Below, piece after piece: positions 1-20,707 of a DNA stretch of 64,000 nt. The stretch spans positions 62,001 through 126,000 of the forward strand of contig PS015203.1 of NCBI GenBank assembly GCA_048213135.1, read 5' to 3'. The DNA comes from Reclinomonas americana ATCC 50394 (taxonomy: Eukaryota). A model generated the notes under the pieces. The model ran no database searches. It saw only the letters and a list, made by a program, of their open reading frames with translations, and had not been told where the DNA came from. The translations under genes were made by a program, and so were the position numbers. Positions within the stretch are counted from its first letter, which is position 1. Each line of letters begins with the position of its first letter.

Positions 1-2741
<2,741 letters not shown>

Positions 2742-2860
2742 GATTGACGATCGATGGTGTGCAGGACCACTGGTGGACTTTTTCGTCGACAAACTGACGA
2801 GTGCGCGAGGTTCCCGCGCATTCTCCCTTTGCGTGTGTGACCAAGAGAGCGTGCCGTGGT

Positions 2861-5625
2861 ATGAGTCGACGCCGCCGACATCGTTGCGTGCGACGCTCGA
2901 ACGCAGATGAACGTCGCCGCGTGCGCTCATGCTCTCGTGTGTGCACAGGCAATGGAAGCGACGCAGACGACGATGAGGTGGGCGAGGAGGAGGAGGAGGA
3001 TTCAGTAGATGAGGAGTACATGACCGCGAGTGACTTGTCGTCTAGCGACGACGACGACGATGGTGGTGGCGACGATGAGCTGCGGATCCCGATCGAGAGA
3101 GACAGCGACGTCGAGGAGGACGACGATCAGGAGGAGGAGGAAGAAGCCGGTGTGAGTGCCATGGATGATGATGCAGATGCGGCGGGCAACTCCGCCGATG
3201 AGGTGTGGACCTGGCAGCACTCGGAGGCGTACGGATACGAGCTGGGGGGAATGGTGTTCGGACCGGTGCTGGGCGATGTGGGCGAGGAGACCGAGGACGT
3301 CGACGATGGCTTGTCGGTGGTGGCGGCGGATCATGGTCGAGATGATCCGCAAATGGCCCAACTGACGACGGCGTTGGAGGAGGGTTTGCGTGCGGTCAGA
3401 TCGCTCAAGTTGACGCCGGTGTCGCTGGCGGCGTTGCTGGATCGCGTGCGTCTACGCAAGGGCGACACGCCGACGGTGACGGCGGAGGAGGCGCAGGTGG
3501 TGGCCGCTGTTCGCGAGTGTGAAGTCGACAGGGAGGGTGGCCGATCAACGCTGCAACGCCTTGCGCCACCGCCGCTCACCTGCAGTCGCTTCTCGCTGGT
3601 GGAGATGTTCAGTCGTTTCCAGTTGTGCATGGGTATGGAGACCATGGTGGCACGTGCGGGCCTGCAGTGGGCCGAGTGCACACTGGCGGCGCTGTACCGT
3701 GGCACCGTGTTTCTGCGCAGAATGCTCAAACACCGCATCGTGGGCAAGTTCATCGTGGTACTCGGTGTGTACACTTGTCGCCAACGCGCCATTCGTCGTG
3801 ATAACTCACAGTCGTGTGGTGCGTGTCACACAGCACGGCCGTACGAGGCGCGACTGCGGAACCCGTCGGTGAAGAACGTCAAGTCGCTGCTCGACGAGTT
3901 CCGACCGACGCTGGATGTGGTCGACACCATGCTTGCCGACTGGTTCGACGTGGACCGAGCCACCGGCGGCAACACGGCTGTGCTCGACTCCATCTTCTCC
4001 GACGCGGTGGTGCAGCACTTGTTGCGCCGCTCCGCTGTCGTCTTGTACCACGTTGCGTTTTGTTTTTGCATCCATCTCTTCTGCCAGTGATTCGAAACGA
4101 GAATGGTAACCAAATCGTTGCAGCCCAAGTGTGTATCGGCTGCACGCTCGCTGCTGGCCATGGTCACTGTGCGTGCACTCCAGCTGGCCTACGCCAGTGC
4201 CGCAGAGCGCTGCAAGAGTGCAGCGGCAGGTTGGTCTTTTCTTGCACAAAGTGCAAACTGCAGATGGATTCTCTCAGTGTTTTTTCTTTCGCTGTTTGCA
4301 CAGTGGCACGTATCAACGATGCGGATGTGGCCGCGGCGCTGGCACGCATGGGCCACACGGTGTACACGGGCAGCAGCAAGGTGGCGGCGACCACCGCCAT
4401 CACGGCCACCAGCGCCCGCTTGCGGCGTCGCTTGCCGGAAATGGACCAGCGAGCTTTGGAGACCAGTTTTGTGCCGGCGACGGTGGTCAAGGATTTTTCG
4501 CTCTCCCCAGCCGCCGTCCGCATCGTGCGCGACATTGTGGAGGTGTGGAGAGATGCACTTTTCCGCTTTTTTGCAAGACCGTAATCGAACGACTGTGTTG
4601 ACAACCAACAGGATCAAGCCGTGGTACTGCTGGAGAATGCCAGTCGGTGGCGAGCCGCTCGCTTGTGTCACGCCTCGCTCGCCGATCCCCGAGCTCTCAT
4701 GCCTGAGTTGCGCTCGCACAAGTGACTCGATTTGTCTGTTGGGATCTCTGAACGCCTCTCGTGCAGTGACTTGTGGCTGGCAATGGAAGCCCTCAACACG
4801 AGTCGAGTCCGTTGCGTGTGGTGTTGCAATGGTTCTCTTTGCTTGACCTGGAATGCTCACGTGCTCTCTCGCTGTGTGCAGCTGGCTACCGCCTGGAGCT
4901 GGACGCATTGCAGAATGCACACACCGCAGTGTCGCAGCTGCTGGACTCCAACCCGACGAGCACCGATCTGTTGGCGCTGCTGCAAGTGCTCTCGGTGGTG
5001 CACTCGCACTCCATGATCTGGTTCCGCACGCATACCGAGCACGATCCACGTTGCGCCCGCCCCGCTCCTTCCCTCCCCTCCCCTTCCACCGCGTGTTCTG
5101 TCTCTGAGGGTGATATTTCCAGTTCGTCGGCGACCTCGCATGCCGCTGCCCGCCGATCCGACGCCATTCGACGACGCCGAGCACGAGGCGGCGCTGCAGG
5201 CCATCATGAAGCCTGGCTCGTCGTCGCGACATGCACTCAACGTGTCAGCCTTTCGCGAGTTTGCCGACCTGGCGCTGCACAGTTGCGTAATCGGTGGGCG
5301 ATCTGCCGACACGTGCACAGAGAAATGACCGAGATCGTGCGCGCAGATATTGCTCAGCCGCGGTCGGCCACCATCACCAAGCAGGCACTGAAGGAGTTGC
5401 ACGAGTACGTCGAGTATTTCATGGTTGACCTGCTGAGGTAAAATAATGCTTGTGCCCCGTGCCTGCAAGAAAGAAAGCAGCAATCTCACCGTGCACCTGC
5501 GCAGCAACGAGCAACGCGGTGCCGTCGCGCTTGCGGTGCGCGCCTCGAATTTCACCGACACCTCCACGCTGTCGGTGACGGAGGAAGACATGATGGCCGC
5601 AGTGGCATGTTCAGCCTTTAGCTGA
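2861..5625 (+). CDS. Acidic N-terminus plus multiple tandem histone-fold-like domains (H4-like, H3-like, H3-like)
   Basis: Hand-spliced from ATG 2861 to TGA 5623-5625; introns include 2883-2948, 4052-4123, 4707-4766, 4811-4881, 5050-5122 and 5282-5346. H4-like QHLLRRSAV..INDADVAAALARMGHTVY; H3-like AVRIVRDIVEDQAVVLLE..LMPDDLWLA and ALNVSAFREF..ITKQALKELHEYVEYFMVDLL. Confidence 0.65.
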
Positions 5626-5776
5626 TCACCTCTATTTTTCCTTGTACAATTTTTCAATGATCAATCAAGTACACACACAACCGGGTGTGCCGCATCGTGT
5701 AGCCGACACGGCACGCCCACACATAACAAGCCACACCACACAGCACGACATCACGTCACCCGATGGAAGTGACGTC

Positions 5777-6438
5777 TCAGATCGCCGGACAGCGATACAA
5801 GTACGGCAGGTTCTGCACTTGATTCGGATCCCTTCGTGAGCGCACCATGGTCTCCTTTTCCGCATGCGTGACAATGACGGGTTCTGTGGGAAGAATAAGA
5901 CCCGCGACAAGATTCGATTCAAGGTCATCAAACACACACCCTTCTTGGCCAACTCCTCTCGTTCTCTCTCGAGGAAGTGTCCACCGCGCATCTTCAGCTG
6001 ATGCAGCGCCGTTGGCTCCGATGCCGTCACCTCCTACGACGGAAGAAAGAAAGGTGAGCACGAGCAACCAAGAGAGAGGCAAGTCAAAAAAAACACACAC
6101 ACCTTGACGGTCTCCTTCTTCGCTACTGCATCCACAATCGAGGCCACGGACGCCTTCGAGTGCACTTGTCGCATGGTCTATGGTAATCAATGGTGAGTGA
6201 GCTGGACACCAGCACGTCCGTATCGATGCCAGACACGACGCAACAGTTGACGACTGCAGCACTTGCTGCGCCAGCTCCTGCTTCGCACGATCTTGGTCCG
6301 CCTCACCACCCTCTCCAGCACTGTCTGTCGGTGCAGCTGGCTTGCGTGCTCGCCGGCCTGTTTGAAGGAAGAGAGTGTAAGGGAGGGGGCAAGGAATAGG
6401 AGAAGAGAGTAAAATGGGGACGGGAAGGGAGAGAAAAA

Positions 6439-6496
<58 letters not shown>

Positions 6497-8568
6497 GAGG
6501 AGGAGGAGAGTAGTAGTAGTAGTAGTAGGTAGGAGGTAAGGTAAGGTAAGGTAAAGGTAAAGGTAAAGTAAGTAAGTAGTAGTAGTAGTAGTAGTAAGTA
6601 NNNNNNNNNNNNNNNNNNNNNNNNNNNNNNNNNNNNNNNNNNNNNNNNNNNNNNNNNNNNNNNNNNNNNNNNNNNNNNNNNNNNNNNNNNNNNNNNNNNN
6701 NNNNNNNNNNNNNNNNNNNNNNNNNNNNNNNNGAGAGAGAGAGGGAGGGATGGAGATAATGATGAGTGGCAAGTGGGGAAAGAGTGAAAATAGAAGTATG
6801 ATATGACTGTAGAAACAGGAGCATGAAGAGGGCTGAGAGTCACAGACACGCAACGGACACGGCGAATCATGCGTGGTCCGCGTGTTCCGTCCTCCCTCAG
6901 TTCGCCCTCCACAATGTTGGCCTTGGTCTCCTCGTCCATCAGCTCCTCCTCGTCGCTGAGGGCCTCGTAGTACGATTCAAAATCATCGAAATCCTCAAAG
7001 CTGCGCGGAAGGAGAGTCAGCATCATCATCCTGCAACCAGACACTCCAGTAAAACCAACCCTTCCACTTGCTTCACGGCCTTCTCTGCTGCGTCCTTCTC
7101 CCCCGGCGCCAGCTCATCTACACGCTTGTGAATGGCATTGAGTGCCTCGCGCACCTCCAGATCGGCAATGACTGCGGTGGAGCACGTGAGGAAGGGGGTG
7201 CACGGACGGGAGAATGGGTGAGTGGAGAAGAGAGACGCAACACTTGTCGTAATCGAGGCCCTTGGCAAACTCCACCAAATCCTCCAGCTCCTCATCGTCC
7301 ATCTCCTCTGCTTCCTGAGGAGGGGAGCGCAACGTGAGCAAGAGCGGAAATGAATAGGTGAGTGTGAGAGACACACAAACCTTGGCAGTCATGGCCCACG
7401 CGGGCTTGTTATCCGACGACGACTTGGCGTTACGAATGGCGGCGACCGACGACGAGTACTCGGCCGGTTTGAGCACCGCTGCGACACCCACAATGAGCTC
7501 CCATGCTGCGGTAGCGGAAGACAAGGGCGAAGGCAACAACAACAAACGCACCACTGGCCGGCAGCTTCTTCTGCAACACCTCAATGACACCCGGATCGCC
7601 ACGAGCAATTCCCTGCCGAATCGCCGCCTGCGTCTCCTTCAGTTGCGATGCCTGCTCCTCACTACGATGCGCCTCCTCCAGCGCCTGCATCCTCTCCAAG
7701 TCCTTGAGCGCCGCCAGTTCCTTCAGGTACTTGCGATGCCGCATGTGAATGCTCTTGGTCTTCTTGTGCGCTGTGAGTGTGTGGAATAGAATAAGCGACA
7801 CGCGACACAAGAGGGAGGAGGAGAAGAACACGGAGAAGGAGAGGGGGAAGTACTACACGAACAAGATGAAGAAGACTGAGAAGAAGAACAACGAGAAGAG
7901 AAGCTGAGGAGGAGCAGAGGGGCAAGAGAGGGAGACGCAACACTTGAGCTCCTCACGCGCAATGCCATTCTCCTGCGCCGATTCTTGCGGAGGAGGTAAG
8001 CCCACTTGCCCGTGAACGACACCTCCCGGAACAAACGGAATGCTGCGCAAAATAGAAGCAAGCCACAAAGTCAGTCGGTGTACACAAGAGAGAGAAGAGA
8101 GAGATCAAGGCGACGGATAAGTTGACGCCTAAGTCGCTTTGTGTGACACCTAACTCGCTTCTTGCTCTCTCTCTCTCTCTCTCTCTCTCGTCGTCGTCTN
8201 NNNNNNNNNNNNNNNNNNNNNNNNNNNNNNNNNNNNNNNNNNNNTGTGTGTGTGTGTGCTTGTGTGTGTGATCTTCCTCTCTCCCTCTCTCCAGTGAGTC
8301 ACGCAACGCTACTTGGCCAACGGCGAACTTGCGAGCATGGTCCACTTGCGGTCGCGCACTCAACATCACACCGCGGAATTGCTCTGAGAGAACAAGAGAG
8401 AACAAGAGAGAAACAGAGAGAGATAAACGTCAGTCATGACACTCTCTCTCTCTCTCTCAAACACAGAGGAGAGACAGCACCATCTCGGCCTCCGCCTGCG
8501 CCACTTCCGCCTCCGCCTCCGCTGTAGTGTGCGCCAGCAGGTCGCTCAGAGATGAGAAGTTCTTGCAT
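5777..8568 (-). CDS. Uncharacterised coiled-coil protein (about 9-10 exons)
   Basis: Frame-consistent splicing from MQELLISERP (ATG 8568) through FRGVMLSARP, KPAWAMT, LVEFAKGLDYDKFIADLEVREAL and QVHSKASV to NLPYLYRCPAI* (5777). Confidence 0.7.
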
Positions 8569-8977
8569 TCCTTCCTTTGCGCGTGCTCTTTCAACTGCAA
8601 TCACAATTGATTGGTTGGTATGGGCTGTGGAATCGCCCAACAGAGGCGTGTGTCGAGGTCGACGATGAGCACGCGCAACTACAGCGCACTGTGAGTGAGA
8701 GAGTAGAGAGTGTGTGTGTGAGAGAGAGAGGGAGAGAGACACAAAGAACGAAAAGTGTGAGAAGAGAGAGATAAGTGTGTGAGGAAGTGAGAGAGAGAGA
8801 GAGAGAGAGAGTGTGTGTGTGTCTGTGTCTGTGTCTGTGTCTGTGAGAGAGAGAGAGAGAGCGATTTGCGAGTGAAGAGAGCGTTCAGGTGCGAAGAGTG
8901 CGATCGGTCACTGTTACTCTGTCATTGTCTCTCTCTCTCTGTGTGCGTCTCTCTCTCGTCGTCTTGCCTCTTCGCTC

Positions 8978-11900
8978 ATGAGTGTGTATTCGATCGGCAG
9001 TTGTCTCTTGTCGCACTGATCGATGCTTATTTTGACTCCTCTGCTTAGGCACCTGACGAAGAAGCAGGTCAGTGCTGCTTCTACTGCGGTCGCTCATGTG
9101 CCCAGTGGTGGAGGAGGAGCAGTTGCGCGTGCGCCTCTGACTGTCAAAGTTGTCACCTTGGTTCACTCTAACTTCTGTGCTCAGTCTGCGAGGACCGTGT
9201 CGGCCGCACCGATGCCTTCACCGTCGTTTGCGGCGGCGCCTGCACGCGATCCGGAGGAGATGGAGCGACGGCTGAAGCAGATTCGACGGGAGAATCGCAT
9301 GCGCATGAAGAAGCAGGTGGAGCAGCAGCGGAAAGACGAGGAGGCGGCGGAGACGAAACGACAGGTGTGGCGCACAGGGTTGCTGACTGGATCGTTGGTG
9401 ATTGATGTTGAAAAGGGCTGTCTCGCAGCACATCCTCGAGGAACGACGACGCAAGTTGTTGGCGCAGCGTGAGGAGGCCAGGAAAGCTGTGCAGGCGGGG
9501 AATGCGACGAGCAATCTGGTGCTGTTGCGCATGCATCGGTTTCCGCACGAGACTGACGACGGTGGCGATGTGGCGGTGCCGGTAAGAGGTCGCTCGGCGA
9601 GTGATGACGGTTATGGTGATGATGATGATGGAGCGGCGTCGTTGGATGGGGCTGGCGTGGGGCCGAGCAGTGGGTCGGGACTGGCGGCGGCTCGGCAGAG
9701 ATTAGAGATGCGCAAGTCGCGCGAGTTGTTGGACTCGTTGGATCTGTCGTCGTCGCTCACCAACTCCATGTCGGAGTTCCTGGTGGCTGAGCGGCTAGCC
9801 GGGCAAATGACGCGCACGGCCGACAAGGAAGCGCTGTCGCTCAGTCCGAAGAACACGACGCCGTCACGGAATCGAAGTGGTATGTGGTGTGATGATGATT
9901 GTAGAGGGAAGGTTTTCTGATTAATTGTCGCCTGCTGCTGCAGTGTCACCGGCAGCTGGCCGTGCACGACAGGGAACCTTGGTGCCAGCCGTGGCACCGG
10001 GTCTGAGACCTCTGCTGGTGTTGGATCCCTCCAAGCGAGTGAGGTCTTTCTCATATGTCTGTGCGCGCGTTGATGTGCCTTATTGCTCATTCACTCGAGA
10101 CGTTTTGCAGGGATCCGAGTCGGCGCGTGCATTTTTCTGATACGGAAGATGACGATGACGATGACGACGATGATGATGAGGACAGTGACGATGGGGGAGG
10201 TGCTCGGGGTGTGCCACCACCTGTGCGTGCAGTGACACCCACCACGGGGGCCGATAGAAGAGGACGTGGCCCTGTACGGGGAGTTGGTGCTGTTGCTGCT
10301 GCTGGTGCTTCTGCTGCAAGTGGTGCAGAAGGGCCGCAAGGCAAGCCACCTCAGGGACGAAGTCGATTCGTTGCGCACTTGTCTGATCCGTCGCACGCGG
10401 AAATAGAGTCATTGCGCTGATGTGTGCTGTTTGTTGTGCAGGCGACTCTGTCTGTGGAGGAACGGAGATTACTGGCCAGCTTGGCGCGTCTGGATGCCAT
10501 GTTGGACACGAAACGAAGGACGGGTCTCATTGGTAGGCTGTTTCGCTGCGTTGTCGATCAAGTGTGTGTGCATTCTTACCGCCGCACTCGGGACAGCGTG
10601 TGTCACCGAAGCAGAAGCGGCGGCGGCAGCAGCGGCAGGTGATGAAGGCGATGGTGATGCAGAGCGACCGGCGGGTCCACGGAGGAGGCGACCTGTGGTT
10701 GTTGATGGCACCATTCGCCTCTTGCCTGTCACCGGTGGTACCGTGAGTGGTGCAAGTGCAGGTGGTCCGTCGGCGGCGACTGCCACGGCCACTCGACCGC
10801 TGGCGAAAAAGAAACGTGTGATTGCAGGACGAGGTAGATGTCGCAGCTTTTTTTGTCGTGTGCGAGACAAGTACCTGACGGAATATGCGCGTGCAGCGGT
10901 GTATGGTGGTGCCCCGGGAGCAGTGGCTGTTCCTGACGCTGTGGACGACGAACCGAGCAAGTACTCGCCCAAGATGGTTCCTCGCGACTGGATGCCGCAA
11001 GAGAAACCACGAGTTGTGGCAACACAACCGCCACCACCGCCGCCACCACCATCATTACCGCAGCCACAGGTTGTGGAACGGCACATGGAGCCACGCGAGA
11101 TGGCCGTGACGCCTCCCACACGGACGCGACAGGCCAATCAGGTGTTCGGAGCGCTGGCTGTGGTGTGCCTCTATTGTGAATGTTGTGTCAGCGGCGTGGC
11201 GTGTGTGAAGCTGATTGTCTGTGGCAGGACATGAAAATGGGAGTGGGGATGGGCACCTTGGGGGCGACCACGACAATGGTACAGTATCTATCATCCAGTC
11301 GGTCTCCCGATGTCGAGTGTACACAATTCTCAACTTGTTTTGTGTGCTCAGGAGCGAAGAGTTGGGGGCGGCACAAATGGATTGGCTATTGTGGTGTGTG
11401 TTGGCGATTGCATGCTTCACTTGCATCGACTTTGTCTCACTCTGGTTGTGCAGGATGAGAGGAGGGCGGCCGGTGCTGGAGTCACCATGGTGTGTGTTGA
11501 ACTGCGTGCTTGATTTGTGCGTGTGTCAGTGCTCACTCCATCGCGCAGGATGGGAGAAACGGAGGCGGAATGGGAGCGACGGCTGTGATGGTGAGTGACA
11601 GCTGCTGGGACTCTCTCTCTTCTGCGCAACCATTCCCGCCCACACAGTGCCTCGCAGACTCGACCACCATTACAATCACGACCACCCATGACTGGTGCAT
11701 TCACAGCAGGAGATGCTCCGGTTCGTATGATCTCTCTTTCCATCACAACAGTACCACAACTGATCCGACGGCCAGCAGTCGCAGGTGGTGTCGAGATCAG
11801 CACACGAAACATCAGTGCGTATGAACTGCGGAGATTGTTAATTAGCACTTTCCCGTGAGCTCATCGCGTGCCTCACACAGGTACGATCGAGAGATCCGTC

Positions 11901-12547
11901 GCCCCGCACAAAGTTGCAGGCGCCATCACCATCTGCGACCGTGACCAGTACAGTTGCGTCCGATTGCATGCCAGTATGTGAGTAACAGGATCTCACCCGG
12001 TGCATGCTAGGTTCCGACGCTGCCACCAGTCGGGCGTCCCACGTCGCGTGATCCGTCGCCGATGCAGCAACTGAGAGTTGTGTGGGGTGACGACATGATT
12101 GTGACGTGATTCCTTCGCTCACCCAGTGCGTGCAGCCCGTGGCGGAGCATTCACGTGCCGCCAATCCTCCCCGAGCACGGGAACCATCACCCTCGAACCA
12201 GCAGCGAGCGGCAGCGGTGCGTACAGGCCACATAGTTTCGTGAGTCCAGCAGGTGTGTGTGCTCATTGTAGGGGGTGCAGCCGTCCATGATTCCACGGCC
12301 ACTGCCGGTGCGCACCACCAGTTATGTGGTGAACCGACAGGCCGCGCCGCCGCGAATGCGCGTCCTCAGTGCCGAGAGTCAGCGACACGAAGCGTCACTG
12401 ACGGGCGGTGGTGGCGGAGCAGCACCGGCGGCGCCAGCTGCAGCACCGGCCCGATTGCGCGAGAGCTCCGACTCGCAAGTGTCGTCCGTGGAAGACGAAT
12501 CCGATCGCATCGTGCAGACCTCACACACCTACTTGTTATTCCAATGA
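8978..12547 (+). CDS. Low-complexity coiled-coil protein, weakly reminiscent of CEP126/K1377 (start uncertain)
   Basis: Chain of + strand exons separated by short GT-AG introns; N-terminal coiled coil (EQQRKDEE..HILEERRRK) and motif LSVEERRLLASLARLDAML; last exon ends TYLLFQ* at 12547. The family resemblance is recollection only. Confidence 0.5.
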
Positions 12548-12708
12548 TACATATGTTACTTGTTACGAATGTGTGTTGTTCATCTTCATTTCGGCCCGGC
12601 GTGGGGGAAGGGCAGAGGGGCACTCACACCACCACCCCCCAACAAAAGCATATCGCGGCACTATACATACAATAACAGCAACAGAGAAGGAAAAATGGTG
12701 TGGAGCGC

Positions 12709-13931
12709 TCAGTCGTCCTGGCGCTTGTGAATCCACTTGGTGGTTTCCGACACAATGCCGGGATTGGAGAAGCCGGTGGGAATGCTTTGCGTGCCGCCAA
12801 AGTGCCGCTGATTGCTGGTGATGAAGCGGGTGGAGTCCGATCGACTGCCGTCCTTGATGCTGCGAAGGGGAGGCAAGGGTAAGGAAGGGGAAGGGGAAGG
12901 GAAAGGAAGGAGGGAAAAAGGGAAAGAATGAGTAAAATGATGAGTGACAGCGAAGGAAAAGTGAAGTGAGCGGGGAGAGAGAGAGGAGAGCAACTCTCAG
13001 GTGCAATGATTGTTAGTAAACTCAGTTTGCGAGGTGCTAAGGAGAAGAGAGAAGGGGTGAGCAAGTATGTACGGAGCAGAAAAACGATGAACAAATGCAT
13101 GAAAGACGAAAGCCACGGAGAGGAAGAAGGTGTGATGACCGAGAAGCGAGAGAGGGAGCAGAATGTACGCGACAAGGAGGAGGTGAACTTTCTGCTGCGG
13201 AGGACAGCGTGCAGAGTGAGCAACAGAGAGACGGAGACTGAGCCGCAATTGAGAGACGATGCAATGAAACAGAAGACTGCGAGGGCGGCAAGGACAGAAA
13301 ACGAAGTACGACAAGGAGACGCTGCTGCGGAGGACAGCGTGCACAGTGAGAAAGAGAGAGACTAAGACGATGAACAGAAGTACTGAATGACTGAGACGCT
13401 GCTGAGGACACAGTGAGATGGAAAGGCCTCGTGACGACGAGAGAGGAGACACGTCCCTTTCCTCGTTCCCTCTCTCTCTCTCTCTCGTCACNNNNNNNNN
13501 NNNNNNNNNNNNNNNNNNNNNNNNNNNNNNNNNNNNNNNNNNNNNNNNNNNNNNNNNNNNNNNNNNNNNNNNNNNNNNNNNNNNNNNNNNNNNNNNNNNN
13601 NNNNNNNNNNNNNNNNNNNNNNNNNNNNNNNNNNNNNNNNNNNNNNNNNNNNNNNNNNNNNNNNNNNNNNNNNNNNNNNNNNNNNNNNNNNNNNNNNNNN
13701 NNNNNNNNNNNNNNNNNNNNNNNNNNNNNNNNNNNNNNNNNNNNNNNNNNNNNNNNNNNNNNNNNNNNNNNNNNNNNNNNNNNNNNNNNNNNNNNNNNNN
13801 NNNNNNNNNNNNNNNNNNNNNNNNNNNNNNNNNNNNNNNNNNNNNNNNNNNNNNNNNNNNNNNNNNNNNNNNNNNNNNNNNNNNNNNNNNNNNNNNNNNN
13901 NNNNNNNNNNNNNNNNNNNNNNNNNNNNNNN

Positions 13932-13970
<39 letters not shown>

Positions 13971-14302
13971 CAAGCAATCACAGGCACTGACGCAATCGCA
14001 CACACACACAGAGATGCAGAGAGAGTGAAGAAAGGCACAATGAGCGCAACTCTTCTTGTTAGTGGTCTCCGACTCGAGCTTTGCAGTGGGCGTCACTGAA
14101 AGAGAGAGAGAGAAAGAGAGGCACGCGTGTTAATTAATCAATAATACAACACTCCTTCTCATTCTTCTCTCTCTTCTCTCTCTCTCTTTCTATTACGCTC
14201 ACCATGCTTGGGCACTGGGTGTGAGACCGCAAACACCTCGCCATTGCGACGAATCACTCCGCGAGAGCTCGTCGTTGTCTTGGAGGTCTCTGCCTTGCTC
14301 AT
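12709..14302 (-). CDS. Small uncharacterised protein (internal exons possibly lost in the 13492-13931 gap)
   Basis: MSKAETSK..GEVFAVSHPVPKH | VTPTAKLESETTNKK | ... IKDGSRSDSTRFITSNQRHFGG..GFSNPGIVSETTKWIHKRQDD*; splice sites flank each segment. Confidence 0.55.
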
Positions 14303-14735
14303 TCTTTCCACTGCACACACACACACACACACAGACAAGTAAGCACATGCGCACACACGCACTCACTCTCACTCACAACTCGTGCTGCACACCTTTCTCC
14401 GCGAGTTTATGAGTTGCGAAAAACGGCTGCTTCCGATTGGTTCACATGGAACGGTCAATTTCCTTCACTCTCAATGAGACGACTACTTTGTAAAGGCAAG
14501 ACGGAAGGAAGATGAAAATGGAGAAAAAAAGAGGAAGATATACAGAGAGAGCACGAGAGAAGACGGGTGCTTCTCTCTCTTTTGTGGGTTGGTTGTTGGT
14601 GGTTTGGACGGTGATCACTGATCGACTTCGCGCGTCACTCGTGATTGGCCCTGGTCTCGTCGGAAGGTCAGTGTCTCGGCTGGCGCCTCCACGCGACGCG
14701 TTCGTGGTGAGGTGGGTCGACCCTGCAGCACACGA

Positions 14736-19713
<4,978 letters not shown>

Positions 19714-20707
19714 CTCGTTACAGTGCGTGTGTGTGTGCGTGACAAGTGAGTGGGGAAATTTCGCGTTCCCGCCGAATTCGCGCAAGTGTGCTCTGCACGC
19801 AGCGTGTGTGTGTGTGCGTGTGTACGTGTGATTGGTGTGGCAAACGGTAGACAGTAGCACGGTGGTTTATAAGCGCAGCGATTTCGAATTGAGCAATTGC
19901 CAATGTTGCAAAAGATGCGATGGCGTTGCAAGCTAGCGCTTGGAGGAAGGCCAGCCGGCCTGGCTGTAACCACGGTCCGGATCCGCTTGTACTTGACCGG
20001 AGCGGCGGTCAGCTCGTTGCAGCACAATGGCCTCGGGTTGCAACGAAGTTGTTCAATTTGGTTTCGCTGCGCATTTCTGGTTTCGAATGCACAGCGAAAC
20101 CTTGGCCAGCATGCTGAGGGGCAAGCATAATTGCGGTACTCGCCAGCTGCACTGTACCCGGGCGGCCACCGCAAGCCGAAGTCAAAAACGCTGCATGAAA
20201 GTTGGAATTTCCAAATCGAAGCGCTGCGGCGATAAATCAGGCTTTCGCTCGACCTTCTGCCACAACACTTGTACGTCTCCTGTCGGGTCCTGCACGTGGC
20301 TTGGTGCCAGCAGCAACACGGGCCCTGCATTCAGAATCCAACTCGATCACTTTTCATTCCCCCGCCTGCAATCGATCCCCTGCGCGCACACCACTGCGCC
20401 CCTCAGAACGCCCACGGCCAGAGAGGCACCACTCGCCACGCTTTGCAAAACCCATTTTCCCGCGCAAAAATCTCTCGAATCAACCAAACGGACCACTTTA
20501 TCGTACCTCTCCAACGCACACGCACTCACACGTGTGCGCGCATTTTTCTTCGCGCACCACTCGCCAGCCCTGCCAACCACGTTGCGTTGCTCTCCCTGTG
20601 TGGAAGGAAAAAAACAAACACAAAAGACAAAGCACTCGCCCACACGTTTGTCTCACTCTGTCTTTGGCGCGGCCAACAGCAACACACNNNNNNNNNNNNN
20701 NNNNNNN

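Noticed and set aside
12997-14099. ORFs spanning N gaps and microsatellites (also 35679-36595 and 38606-40421)
   Set aside because: Open only because of Ns and dinucleotide repeats.
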